Made by a program: the position numbers and the translations under genes. DNA of 20,000 nt from an uncultured virus (IMG/VR IMGVR_UViG_3300044977_000112) (lineage: Duplodnaviria; Heunggongvirae; Uroviricota; Caudoviricetes). Of the stretch, positions 8,118 to 16,116 are shown in pieces. Under the pieces are notes generated by a model. That model was not told where the DNA came from. It worked only from the letters and a program-made list of their open reading frames with translations, and did not search any database. The DNA lies in the IMG/VR virus record IMGVR_UViG_3300044977_000112. The stretch is one strand, 5' to 3'. The number at the start of each line of letters is the position of its first letter. Position 1 is the stretch's first letter.

Positions 8118-8373
8118 GGCAAAAACACCTCATCAGGTTAATCCACCGATACCGCCAGTTCCACCAAGTCCACCGCCCCCACCGTTGCCTTGCTCGGATT
8201 CGCCTTGTTGTGACGATGTTCTGGGGCCGTCGATCGTTGTCTGCTGGAACAGCAAGACTTACATGATCGATCCACCTTCCGCGGCGGGGACACTGGTCTT
8301 TGATCCCACTGTACCACCTGGCACTTGCCCAATCTATTGGAGTACGTTAGTGGGATTGCCGAAAAAACCGTAG
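8116..8373 (+). CDS. Pro/Cys-rich hypothetical protein (85 aa)
   Basis: GAGGG before ATG 8116; PPIPPVPPSPPPPP and PCSDSPCCDD, similar in style to the tail protein. Confidence 0.6.
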   Translation: MAKTPHQVNPPIPPVPPSPPPPPLPCSDSPCCDDVLGPSIVVCWNSKTYMIDPPSAAGTLVFDPTVPPGTCPIYWSTLVGLPKKP

Positions 8374-8412
8374 TTTTGGCGGTGGGTGAAAATTCGGGGC
8401 GGGGGTGGAAAC

Positions 8413-9075
8413 ATGAGGCTGTTGGATTTGTATTGCCGAGCCGGGGGTGCAGCCGTTGGATACAACCAAGCGGGGTTCGATGAAATTGTGGGCATCGATA
8501 TTGAGTCACAAAAAAGATATCCATTCACTTTTGTTCAGTGTGATGCTCTGGAATACGTCCGAGATCATTGGCGGGAATTTGACGCCATCCATGCCTCTCC
8601 ACCGTGTCAGGCTTATTGCGCGATGAAGGGACTCGGTAAAGGGGCCGGTAAAAATGCCCCTGATTTGGTCGGGCCAACCCGGATGCTTCTGCAAAGGACA
8701 TGCGTGCCGTGGGTAATCGAGAATGTTCCGGGGGCTCCTTTGATCAATCCAGTGATGCTATGCGGCTCAATGTTCCGCCTCGGGGTTCGCCGCCATCGGC
8801 TGTTTGAAACATCGTTTTTTATGTTGGGAATTTCGACGTGCGAACACAGACCTGGGGCTTTGGCTGTGTATGGGGATCATCCGGAAGATGCCTACATTCA
8901 TTCCAAGACAATGAAGCCGGATTCGACGAAACGGGCTCCGAATATCCAGGCTGCAAGGAAGGCGATGGGGATTGATTGGATGGACTGGAAGGATATCACT
9001 CAAGCCGTCCCGCCCGCTTTCACAAAATTCATAGGAACCCAGATGATCGATCACATACGCTTCAAGGCCGCATGA
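8413..9075 (+). CDS. DNA (cytosine-5)-methyltransferase, short phage type
   Basis: LLDLYCRAGG (motif I), HASPPCQ (catalytic PC), VIENV (motif VI), RRHRLF (motif VIII), QAVPP (motif X). Confidence 0.9.
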   Translation: MRLLDLYCRAGGAAVGYNQAGFDEIVGIDIESQKRYPFTFVQCDALEYVRDHWREFDAIHASPPCQAYCAMKGLGKGAGKNAPDLVGPTRMLLQRTCVPWVIENVPGAPLINPVMLCGSMFRLGVRRHRLFETSFFMLGISTCEHRPGALAVYGDHPEDAYIHSKTMKPDSTKRAPNIQAARKAMGIDWMDWKDITQAVPPAFTKFIGTQMIDHIRFKAA

Positions 9076-9085
9076 GGAACCGCCC

Positions 9086-9547
9086 ATGCTTTTTGCCGAT
9101 AGTACATCCGGGACTGACGGCTTGATCATTACCGTGGTCAATATCATTGTCGGGGCGATCCTGGCCGGCTTTCTGGCCTGGATCAAACGCGGCCAGACTG
9201 ACGCCAGCAAAGACGCCACGGACGCCATCAAGGAAGCCAAAGCCGACCGGGTTCAGGTCAAGCAGGCCCTTGAAGTTCACACCACGGCCCAGAACGAAAA
9301 GCTTGATACGATTCACACACTCGTCAATTCTGCTCTGGGAGTGAGAATGAATGCGGAGGCCACGGCAAAAGAGGCCTTGGCGCAGGTGGTCCCAACTCCG
9401 GAAAACATTCTGGCCGCGGAAGCGGCGCGGGACGAATACCACGCACACATGGCCAAGCAAGCGACTGTCGATGCGGTCACCGCAACGGGCCGCGCAACCG
9501 TGGCTGACGCAAAAAAGGCGAACGATTCCAATACAATGGGATCATAG
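9086..9547 (+). CDS. Membrane-anchored helical protein (holin/lysis-associated candidate)
   Basis: GAGGA RBS; one N-terminal TM (LIITVVNIIVGAILAGFLAWI) then an Ala-rich helical tail with KLDTIHTLVNS. Confidence 0.75.
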   Translation: MLFADSTSGTDGLIITVVNIIVGAILAGFLAWIKRGQTDASKDATDAIKEAKADRVQVKQALEVHTTAQNEKLDTIHTLVNSALGVRMNAEATAKEALAQVVPTPENILAAEAARDEYHAHMAKQATVDAVTATGRATVADAKKANDSNTMGS

Positions 9548-9581
9548 TCGCCCGCACTGTCGCCCCGAAAGCCGTGCAATC

Positions 9582-9791
9582 GTGATCTCCATTCAGGGCG
9601 CTGTCAGCATCGTAATTACCCTGGTCGTTGCTGGCCTGATATTCTGGCTTCTGTTTTGGCTTGTAGGGTATTGTGGCATTCCCGAGCCGTTCAATAAGGT
9701 CGCTCGCGTTATTCTCGCTGTGCTGGCTGTGTGCGTGTGCATTGGGATTCTCCTGTCTCTGAGTAGCGGTCAACCGATTTTCAGGCCGTGA
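9582..9791 (+). CDS. Small two-TM membrane protein
   Basis: 3' part of track ORF 9351-9791; two hydrophobic helices separated by IPEPFNKVAR. Confidence 0.7.
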   Translation: MISIQGAVSIVITLVVAGLIFWLLFWLVGYCGIPEPFNKVARVILAVLAVCVCIGILLSLSSGQPIFRP

Positions 9792-9894
9792 AACCATGAC
9801 TCCCGACCATCCACCGCCGAAGCCTCACCATCCGCCCAAAGAAGCCCGGCATTTTCGTTTGAAACTGATCCATTACCACAAAGGAAGAAAGCGT

Positions 9895-10233
9895 ATGAAC
9901 GATGTAATCGCCAACTGGCTGGCCAGCCCATCCAACAATGTGACTGGATACCTGATCACTTGGCAACAGAATGGCACACCGGCCGGACCGACTTCCCCAA
10001 TTGTCATTCCCCGCTCTTCGGCCTCTGATGCTTCGGGCTACTCATCAGACTTCAGCCTAGCCACAGGTGTCACACCGAGCCCCGGCGATGTGATCACGGC
10101 TACGCTGGTGGTTCAGGACGCCACAGACAATCTCAACGGCCCGGTGCAGACCCCCATGCCGGCCAGCATCACGATTCCCACCGTGCCGGTTGCCCCGCAG
10201 CCCGCCCCCGGGTTCACACTGACACTGAGTTGA
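9895..10233 (+). CDS. Fibronectin type III / Ig-like protein (alternative start 9796)
   Basis: AAGGA RBS; W-x-ASP-x-NNVTGY-x-I-x-W pattern typical of FN3-like strands. Confidence 0.6.
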   Translation: MNDVIANWLASPSNNVTGYLITWQQNGTPAGPTSPIVIPRSSASDASGYSSDFSLATGVTPSPGDVITATLVVQDATDNLNGPVQTPMPASITIPTVPVAPQPAPGFTLTLS

Positions 10234-10236
10234 ATA

Positions 10237-10620
10237 ATGATCAAACTCACTGCTCTTAATCCGCGATTCGTCGGGGCTGCAGGCGAAGGCGTCTACAATG
10301 CGGACGGTTCGCCCGCAGTCCGTCGTGAGGGCGTTGGACTCGGCTTCGATTGCCCGTGTCCCAAATGCTCTGCATTGCGAACAGGCAACGACGATGACGA
10401 TTTCCACTTGCGGCATTTCATACCGTTCACGAATCCTCTCGATGGCGGTTCGCAATACGATATTCGGCAGGGATGGACGAGAACCGGCGACACCTTCGAG
10501 ACGATTATCCTCATGCCGTCGATCCTGAGTGATGCAACCAAGGGCGGCTGCGGCTGGCATGGATATGTTGGACAGGACGATGAAGGGAAACCCGTTCCGG
10601 GAATGGTGAGAACGATATGA
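10237..10620 (+). CDS. DUF6527-like putative metal-binding protein
   Basis: FDCPC...H, W-x-RTG-x-TFE-x-I-x-L-x-PSI and CGWHG motifs; family from recall. Confidence 0.7.
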   Translation: MIKLTALNPRFVGAAGEGVYNADGSPAVRREGVGLGFDCPCPKCSALRTGNDDDDFHLRHFIPFTNPLDGGSQYDIRQGWTRTGDTFETIILMPSILSDATKGGCGWHGYVGQDDEGKPVPGMVRTI

Positions 10621-10919
10621 CCCAACTCGCCCGCACGCTCGATGCCGTCTCACGATCTTGGACTGCACGCCACCAGGTCCTGCTGTGCGGCATCTTCATC
10701 GGCTGTTGCGCTGCGGGAATCGCGGTTGACCTGTTCCTGGTCCTGGTTCTGCATGTGAAATCGATCAGCCTTTCGACGTGGATTGCGGAGAACGCACACC
10801 CTACACTGATTGGAGCGGGTGTTTTGGCAGGCGTGGGAATCTGCTACCTCGTGCGGTCGGAATGGCGTCTGGTGATGTTCGCGGGGATATTAACCGGGCA
10901 CCTTTTTCTTCACATGTGA
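10617..10919 (+). CDS. Small multi-pass membrane protein (holin-like candidate)
   Basis: Two to three hydrophobic segments in 100 aa; ATGA overlap. Confidence 0.7.
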   Translation: MTQLARTLDAVSRSWTARHQVLLCGIFIGCCAAGIAVDLFLVLVLHVKSISLSTWIAENAHPTLIGAGVLAGVGICYLVRSEWRLVMFAGILTGHLFLHM

Positions 10920-10923
10920 TCAA

Positions 10924-11160
10924 ATGTTCAAGTATTACAAGTACATCCCGACTACCGATCTAGAAGCCAAATCGTGGTTCGAGATCGACAAAACAGAAGT
11001 TCCTCCCGGAACCTACAAATACCCGGATGCGGCATATGTCAGGCTGTATTTTGGTGGTTCAGATGATGAAATTGACCCGAAAGACAAACAGCCATGCATT
11101 CTTGGGTTTGATACACTCTGGGAACCACTTATGGGCATGACCAAAAAGGTGATTTCATGA
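10924..11160 (+). CDS. Hypothetical protein (78 aa)
   Basis: Fills the gap in a coupled gene string. Confidence 0.65.
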   Translation: MFKYYKYIPTTDLEAKSWFEIDKTEVPPGTYKYPDAAYVRLYFGGSDDEIDPKDKQPCILGFDTLWEPLMGMTKKVIS

Positions 11161-11384
11161 CGAACAAAGATGCGGCCAGCGAGTGGCAGATTCGTGTTGC
11201 CGAAGAGAAAGAGGAGTTGGATCAAAAACTGGAAAGGCTTTCTCACTTTCTCAAAACAGAAGGCTACACAACGTTGAAAATGATTGACCGACAACTTCTG
11301 GAACAGCAACAACGAGTTATGAAAGAATACAGCGGCATTTTGGCATTGAGAATCGATCAATTCAAAGAAAAAGGTAAATCATGA
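11157..11384 (+). CDS. crAss001_48-like phage coiled-coil protein
   Basis: QIRVAEEKEELDQKLERLSHFL...LLEQQQRVMKEYSGILALRI matches the family pattern as I recall it. Confidence 0.8.
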   Translation: MTNKDAASEWQIRVAEEKEELDQKLERLSHFLKTEGYTTLKMIDRQLLEQQQRVMKEYSGILALRIDQFKEKGKS

Positions 11385-11581
11385 CGAACAAAGATGCCGC
11401 TGACTATTTCGGCTCCCTTGATCCTAATGCGGACGCCGTGCTGACTGGTTCGGCCAGCTTCACGAATGCGACTTTCACTGCCGATCTGGGCGGACTCATG
11501 GGCACGCAGACTGTGACCAATGCCAGCGGGACGGCGGACATGGTGTTCACGTTGGCGGCAACAACGACGGAAAAGAATTGA
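11381..11581 (+). CDS. Hypothetical Thr/Ala-rich protein (66 aa)
   Basis: AAGGT RBS, ATGA overlap; first 7 residues identical to the upstream gene. Confidence 0.7.
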   Translation: MTNKDAADYFGSLDPNADAVLTGSASFTNATFTADLGGLMGTQTVTNASGTADMVFTLAATTTEKN

Positions 11582-11781
11582 CCATCACCGGCATACTCCG
11601 CGAAGCCGCTGGCCAGTACACGCTCGCGGCTCCGACCGCGACGTGGAACCTGGAAATGCCCGAGCAGTTGCTGATGCAAGCAAGAGCTTTACTTGGCTCC
11701 GAAGTTATGGCCACGGGTACGCAGATCGGCGTCCGGAGTTATGGTGGGATATTCCGGGTGGATGGAATAGAGGGGGTGTAG
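11578..11781 (+). CDS. Hypothetical protein (67 aa), TTG start
   Basis: TTGA overlap with the upstream stop; fills the gap exactly. Confidence 0.6.
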   Translation: MTITGILREAAGQYTLAAPTATWNLEMPEQLLMQARALLGSEVMATGTQIGVRSYGGIFRVDGIEGV

Positions 11782-11783
11782 AT

Positions 11784-11984
11784 ATGGACAAGCTCATCTT
11801 ACAAGACTCATCACACAACGCTGTGATCCTGGAAATGAGGAATGCGGGTGGCACGGGCGAAAACTTCGTGATCGTCTCCATCATCGGCCAGCCGCCGCAT
11901 CTGACAATGGATCAAGTGCGCGAGATGCAGGTGTGGCTGAATGAATTCGAGCAGAAGTACGGGAAGGAGAAGGGCCATGCCTGA
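11784..11984 (+). CDS. Hypothetical protein (66 aa)
   Basis: GGGGGTG before ATG 11784; 3' part of track ORF 11520-11984. Confidence 0.65.
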   Translation: MDKLILQDSSHNAVILEMRNAGGTGENFVIVSIIGQPPHLTMDQVREMQVWLNEFEQKYGKEKGHA

Positions 11985-12195
11985 ACTCGACCGCATTGAA
12001 CTGGAAGGCATCGACGGCGGCCATATGACCGTTGCACCCGCCAACAGTCTCGGCGGAAATCCCGCTGCGGAATTCACGCTGAACGCCCCCGGACGCAAGA
12101 TCAAGGTTAGGTTGGCGCCGACGGACTTGGCACGTCTGGTCGAATGGGGAACGGAGTATTTGAAAGAATTTCCGCCCGCGAAAACCGTAGAATGA
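11977..12195 (+). CDS. Hypothetical protein (72 aa)
   Basis: AAGGAG RBS before ATG 11977. Confidence 0.65.
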   Translation: MPELDRIELEGIDGGHMTVAPANSLGGNPAAEFTLNAPGRKIKVRLAPTDLARLVEWGTEYLKEFPPAKTVE

Positions 12196-12497
12196 AAGAC
12201 ATGTCAACCACTGTCTACCTCCAGACCGTCGCCGATTCCTGCCGCGAGATCTTGGCGCGGCACGATGAACTTGTTGCGATGGATGCGGAACTGATAGCGA
12301 AAGCGCCGGGTGGAATTTCTCGGGCTGAGATCCTGAAAGATGAGATCGAGGACTACAAAGCCAAGATGGACTTGGCCCAAGCTCAGGCGAAGTTGGATGA
12401 AGCGACCGAGAAGGAATCCATTCCCGAGTCGCGACGGTGCAAGAACGTGTGCTCCGCGTGTCATCATGTTTGTGGGCATGACCTGGCGATAGGATGA
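12192..12497 (+). CDS. Hypothetical protein, helical with C-terminal Cys/His cluster
   Basis: ATGA overlap; RCKNVCSACHHVCGH. Confidence 0.7.
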   Translation: MKDMSTTVYLQTVADSCREILARHDELVAMDAELIAKAPGGISRAEILKDEIEDYKAKMDLAQAQAKLDEATEKESIPESRRCKNVCSACHHVCGHDLAIG

Positions 12498-12509
12498 TTT
12501 TCAAGTGTA

Positions 12510-12602
12510 CCCCCGGCACTCTCTTGACGGGAGGGAGTGACGGACGGTTCTCCTGGAGCTGTCCTCCGGGGGCTTTTCCGTCTCCCGTCAACTCCAGGGG
12601 AA
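12510..12602 (+). promoter_or_regulatory. Structured intergenic RNA: three-way junction plus alternative pairings covering the protease RBS
   Basis: Stems 12510-16/12566-72, 12517-25/12531-39 and 12542-50/12556-64. Alternative helices 12524-33/12582-91 (10 bp perfect) and 12548-58/12592-602 (11 bp, one GU). Confidence 0.65.
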
Positions 12603-12609
12603 TTTATCA

Positions 12610-13680
12610 ATGAAGCGACTGAAGTATCTGCTCGTCTTAATGGCCGCGATGATCGGCCTCACTGTGGGCACGCTACCCGAATCGGAAGCTGCACAACCGA
12701 AGAAAGTCGTGAAGCACGGCAGGGGATACAAACCCTCGACCCCAGATGCTCGCAAGCGTCTGCATGCTGGAGCCAAAGCTCGTAATGACAGCATCGTCAA
12801 GCGTCTCCCCAAAGCGACCGCTGCGAGTTTCGATTGCCGAACGGCGTTCAACAATGTGCTGCCCACAGACGATCAGGGCCAGTGCGGAGATTGCTTCGGC
12901 GTGAGTTCAGCCGACGGTGCTTCGATGGCGATGATCAAGGCCGGGATCTTGCCGAATGACACTGTTGCCGGTCGGCTGTCCTCACAATACGGACTTGACT
13001 CCGGGGCCTTCCAGGGTGGCTGTGATGGGGGCGATGAAGCCCAGGTAATCGAATATATCCACAGCACGGGATTCCCGCTCACGTCGCAGTACGGACCGTA
13101 TTCCGCGTCTCCAGGCCAATTACAGAATACGACTGGTATGACGTTCTACAAATTGGCAAGTTATGGCTACTGCACGCCGTCTCAGGAGGAGGGAATCGCG
13201 GCCGATCAGGACGTGAAGAACTGCATGGCTATGTGGGGGCCGATCAGCGTAGCCTTCGATGCCAGCGAGTGCGACAACTACGTTTGGCCCGGCACAATGA
13301 CCGGCAACGGTCGTAATGTTGATCACGCCGTCCTCAACATCGGCTGGGACGACAACCATGACAACGGGGACGGGACAAAAGGCGCTTGGCTTGGAATGAA
13401 TCAGTGGGGACAGGCCAGCACAACGACGGTAAGCTTCCAGAGTCAGCCGTGGGGCGGACCGAATGGGACATTCTGGATCAAGTACGGCAGTGATTCGTGG
13501 AACACGGAGTCTATTTGGATGTCTGGAGCCCCGATCCCGAGTCCCGGGCCAACGCCACCAGGACCAGTACCTCCTACGCCGGTGCCTCCTACTCCCGTTC
13601 CCCCGACACCGATTCCACCAGCTCCGATTCCCTGTACCCCAAAATTTCACATTTTCGGAAGACCACATTTTAGATGCTGA
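12610..13680 (+). CDS. Secreted papain-family (C1A) cysteine peptidase with Pro-rich tail
   Basis: Signal peptide; DQGQCGDCF (oxyanion Gln, catalytic Cys), LSSQY, GCDGG, GPISVA, DHAV (His), NQWG (Asn), GTFWIKYG; PTPVP-type repeats. Confidence 0.93.
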   Translation: MKRLKYLLVLMAAMIGLTVGTLPESEAAQPKKVVKHGRGYKPSTPDARKRLHAGAKARNDSIVKRLPKATAASFDCRTAFNNVLPTDDQGQCGDCFGVSSADGASMAMIKAGILPNDTVAGRLSSQYGLDSGAFQGGCDGGDEAQVIEYIHSTGFPLTSQYGPYSASPGQLQNTTGMTFYKLASYGYCTPSQEEGIAADQDVKNCMAMWGPISVAFDASECDNYVWPGTMTGNGRNVDHAVLNIGWDDNHDNGDGTKGAWLGMNQWGQASTTTVSFQSQPWGGPNGTFWIKYGSDSWNTESIWMSGAPIPSPGPTPPGPVPPTPVPPTPVPPTPIPPAPIPCTPKFHIFGRPHFRC

Positions 13681-13737
13681 GTTTTCCAAAGCGAAGATTT
13701 CATCCTGATTATTTTTCCAAACACGAAAGGTGATTTC

Positions 13738-14031
13738 ATGGGTTCCGGCACACAAAACCCGCTGCTGTACACATTGCTGAAAATGGCCACAAGCGTGCAG
13801 TTGAAGCGGAAAGGTATTTCGCTTTCAGACTCGCAGGCCGCTCTCAGTCAGCTTGATGGCGGCATAATTGACGGTGTGGCGGCAGATGCAGGCGTGGCTT
13901 ATCCGGCCGAGAAAGGAGCAAGCGGCCAGATCATTGCAGCGTTACTTGCGTTTCTTGCTTCGCCCCAAGGACAAGCCTTAATGGCAGCTCTGATCCAGAT
14001 GCTGATTAGCCTGATCGCTGGCGGTGGCTGA
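13738..14031 (+). CDS. Hypothetical protein with hydrophobic C-terminal helices
   Basis: AAGGTG RBS; IIAALLAFLASPQGQALMAALIQMLISLI. Confidence 0.75.
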   Translation: MGSGTQNPLLYTLLKMATSVQLKRKGISLSDSQAALSQLDGGIIDGVAADAGVAYPAEKGASGQIIAALLAFLASPQGQALMAALIQMLISLIAGGG

Positions 14032-14056
14032 TCGACCTCGCTTTCGCTACAATCAT

Positions 14057-14105
14057 TCTGTTCCATTGATCTGTTCCATTGATCTGTTCCATTGATCTGT
14101 TCCAT
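14057..14105. repeat. Intergenic 13-bp tandem repeat TCTGTTCCATTGA, 3 full copies plus a 10-bp partial
   Basis: Read directly. Confidence 0.97.
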
Positions 14106-14129
14106 CTGTTTCCTCAAAAGGAATTCCAC

Positions 14130-14303
14130 ATGAATCGTTTTCTGTTCGCGTTGTTCGTCTGCTTCCTCTTCGGAGCGACCGCCGAAGCCTCCCGTTGCTC
14201 GCGAGCGGCAGCTCGTCAGGCACGGCATCAGGCTCGTGGAAGTTGCGCTCAGGCCACGTGCGCGACGGCAACGGTGATTCCGGCCATGGAAATGAGAAAG
14301 TGA
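14130..14303 (+). CDS. Small secreted basic peptide (57 aa)
   Basis: AAGGA RBS; signal peptide MNRFLFALFVCFLFGATAEA with an AxA site. Confidence 0.7.
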   Translation: MNRFLFALFVCFLFGATAEASRCSRAAARQARHQARGSCAQATCATATVIPAMEMRK

Positions 14304-14431
14304 ATCCAACTCGCCAGAGTTGGTGGGGTGTGCGACATGCACCAAACAGCCCGTGGGGAAACCTGCGGGCTGTTTTATTCTGGTTCCTGATCTTCTTTAT
14401 CAATTGCTTCATGTCTACATTCCCTGCGTAG
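14300..14431 (+). CDS. Possible small membrane peptide (43 aa)
   Basis: GTGA overlap with the upstream stop; hydrophobic VLFWFLIFFINCF. Confidence 0.4.
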   Translation: MNPTRQSWWGVRHAPNSPWGNLRAVLFWFLIFFINCFMSTFPA

Positions 14432-14465
14432 TATGAACGACTCCACAGAGTTGGCAAACGAGACT

Positions 14466-15005
14466 TTATGGTACGCTGGCGTTTCGGTGGTCGTTGCAGA
14501 TTCGCTTGGCTTCGTCGAGGTCGTGGGAGTAGCCAAGTTTGATGGCGTCATGCCATGAATGAAAGCGATTTCCGATCCGTTCAATGCGATAAGGTAAACT
14601 TGTATAGATTTTTCCGACAGCATTTTCACCTACTTCCCACTTCAGATCATTCACGCTCTCTTTGGCGGCAGAGATAACAGAATCTTCCCGATGAACCGGA
14701 CAATTTTTGCCGTCGGCATCGGCATGTTCGCAACATCCGCCAAATGCCGTCTTGACCAATCCAAGATCTTCTGCCGTCCGCTGGGCCATCGCTGCTATTT
14801 GAACGAGTTCCGCGAGCATCGCCACGCGACCTTCTTCAGTCTTCCGTTTGTCGCTTTTCACCATGTCCCAAAACTCGTCCACCTCTTCTTTGAGGACCGC
14901 ATAGCCTTCATGGAATCCATTTTGTGGCCGGGGGAACTTTGTTCTCGCGCGACCAAGTTCGCTTTCGACAAGAGCCGCAAACTTGGAATGTGTTTCAGTG
15001 GGCAT
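14466..15005 (-). CDS. MazG-like (all-alpha NTP pyrophosphohydrolase fold) phage protein with C-terminal extension
   Basis: HEGYAVLKEEVDEFWD...AELVQIAAMA gives the EExxE...E-x-x-Q pattern. Confidence 0.7.
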   Translation of the reverse strand: MPTETHSKFAALVESELGRARTKFPRPQNGFHEGYAVLKEEVDEFWDMVKSDKRKTEEGRVAMLAELVQIAAMAQRTAEDLGLVKTAFGGCCEHADADGKNCPVHREDSVISAAKESVNDLKWEVGENAVGKIYTSLPYRIERIGNRFHSWHDAIKLGYSHDLDEAKRICNDHRNASVP

Positions 15006-15008
15006 GGA

Positions 15009-15209
15009 TCACTTGCCTTTCTTTTGGGGTAGACGTTCGGCCAGTAGTTTTTCGTGTAATGCGACGATTGCCTGCCGCATTACGTCGGCATTCTTCAGTT
15101 CGTAGCCCATCTTCGCTTTCAGAATTTCCCGGATCACATCAACTCGTTGAGAAAAATCTTCGTCGGCGTTGAGGTCAATGGCAAAGAAATTTCGACTTCG
15201 TATGGCCAT
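15009..15209 (-). CDS. Small putative DNA-binding regulator (ribbon-helix-helix-like)
   Basis: AAGGAG RBS before ATG 15209; strand-helix-helix pattern (FFAIDL...NADVMRQAI); first gene after the leftward promoter. Confidence 0.6.
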   Translation of the reverse strand: MAIRSRNFFAIDLNADEDFSQRVDVIREILKAKMGYELKNADVMRQAIVALHEKLLAERLPQKKGK

Positions 15210-15229
15210 GAATGATCTCCTTCCCGAGA

Positions 15230-15258
15230 AGCATAGATTATGGCTCAAAGAAAAGCAA
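15230..15258 (-). promoter_or_regulatory. Sigma70-type promoter, leftward
   Basis: TTGCTT (15258-15253), 17 bp, TATGCT (15235-15230). Confidence 0.6.
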
Positions 15259-15265
15259 TAGGTAC

Positions 15266-15294
15266 TTGACAGGATTGTGGAATTCATCTACACT
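15266..15294 (+). promoter_or_regulatory. Sigma70-type promoter, rightward
   Basis: TTGACA (15266-15271), 17 bp, TACACT (15289-15294). Confidence 0.8.
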
Positions 15295-15347
15295 TCCTTT
15301 CAGACGACGCGGGGTCGTCGTCCTGATGGCGTTGTGTGAGGCCTCAA

Positions 15348-15545
15348 ATGCGAGAAACAGAAGCCGCTTTATTCAACCTATTTATCGCTGTGGCCGCTGA
15401 ATCTAACAGCATGGATTTAGCTGGCGTGCTTCAGAGATGCGCAATCGAGGCTTCCCGATTTGTGATGATCCGATCCCGCACGAAAGTTGAAGAACTTCTT
15501 GCGCGGGCAGAAGAATTGAGACTAGCCAGCAAAGATAATGACTGA
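15348..15545 (+). CDS. Hypothetical protein (65 aa)
   Basis: GAGG RBS before ATG 15348; first gene after the rightward promoter. Confidence 0.65.
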   Translation: MRETEAALFNLFIAVAAESNSMDLAGVLQRCAIEASRFVMIRSRTKVEELLARAEELRLASKDND

Positions 15546-15607
15546 ACAAAGCTGGGAGCCGTGGCCTGGGTCGGCATATTTCCCCTTAACCTTTCTGGAA
15601 GGCGATC

Positions 15608-16093
15608 ATGATCGACACCAAAGGTCTGAACCGCGCGGCAGTTTTGGCTGCTCTGTTCAATGCGAGCCGGCCACTTGGAATGGGCTTTATGCAGTACGAC
15701 AAAACACCCATGACTCCCGAGAGAGCGCAGGAAATCATCGACACGTTATCCGCCAACGGAGCCACCAGAATCCACTTTGATTATTTGCAAGGTCGCGTGA
15801 TGAAACTCGACTTGTCCAATCCTGACGGGTTCGAGCCGCATGGCTACAATCGCGACGTTGGTCCGGGCGCGGCGGAAAAGGTGATCGAAGAACTTCGCAG
15901 GACTTTTTCCGTCAACACTGCCGCCATTCAAGAGACGCATAAATCCGGACTCGCCGAAGCTGCCGACGAAGCGAGGAAGGGCATGCTAAAAGACCATTCT
16001 TGGGACAACTCGGCAGGTATGCCGACGCTGAACATGGGCCTTAAAGACGTGGCCCATGTTCTGGACGAAAAAGTCAACGAAGCGGTTAAGTGA
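15608..16093 (+). CDS. Conserved hypothetical viral protein
   Basis: IDTKGLNRAAVLAALFNAS..LGMGF and FDYLQGRVMKLDLS...YNRD.GPGAA resemble an uncharacterised family I recall from phages. Confidence 0.8.
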   Translation: MIDTKGLNRAAVLAALFNASRPLGMGFMQYDKTPMTPERAQEIIDTLSANGATRIHFDYLQGRVMKLDLSNPDGFEPHGYNRDVGPGAAEKVIEELRRTFSVNTAAIQETHKSGLAEAADEARKGMLKDHSWDNSAGMPTLNMGLKDVAHVLDEKVNEAVK

Positions 16094-16116
16094 ATTTCAT
16101 TGAGGACAAAAAAAAC

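Noticed and set aside
8422..8445. C5 methyltransferase motif I reads YCRAGG rather than FxGxG, suggesting a pseudogene
   Set aside because: The frame is intact, all catalytic motifs are present, and from recall this position varies in short phage enzymes.
14057..14105. Mini-CRISPR array, or the MEQINGTDQWNRS repeat ORFs on the minus strand
   Set aside because: No spacers; a 13-bp period is not codon-compatible, so the peptide repeats are by-products.
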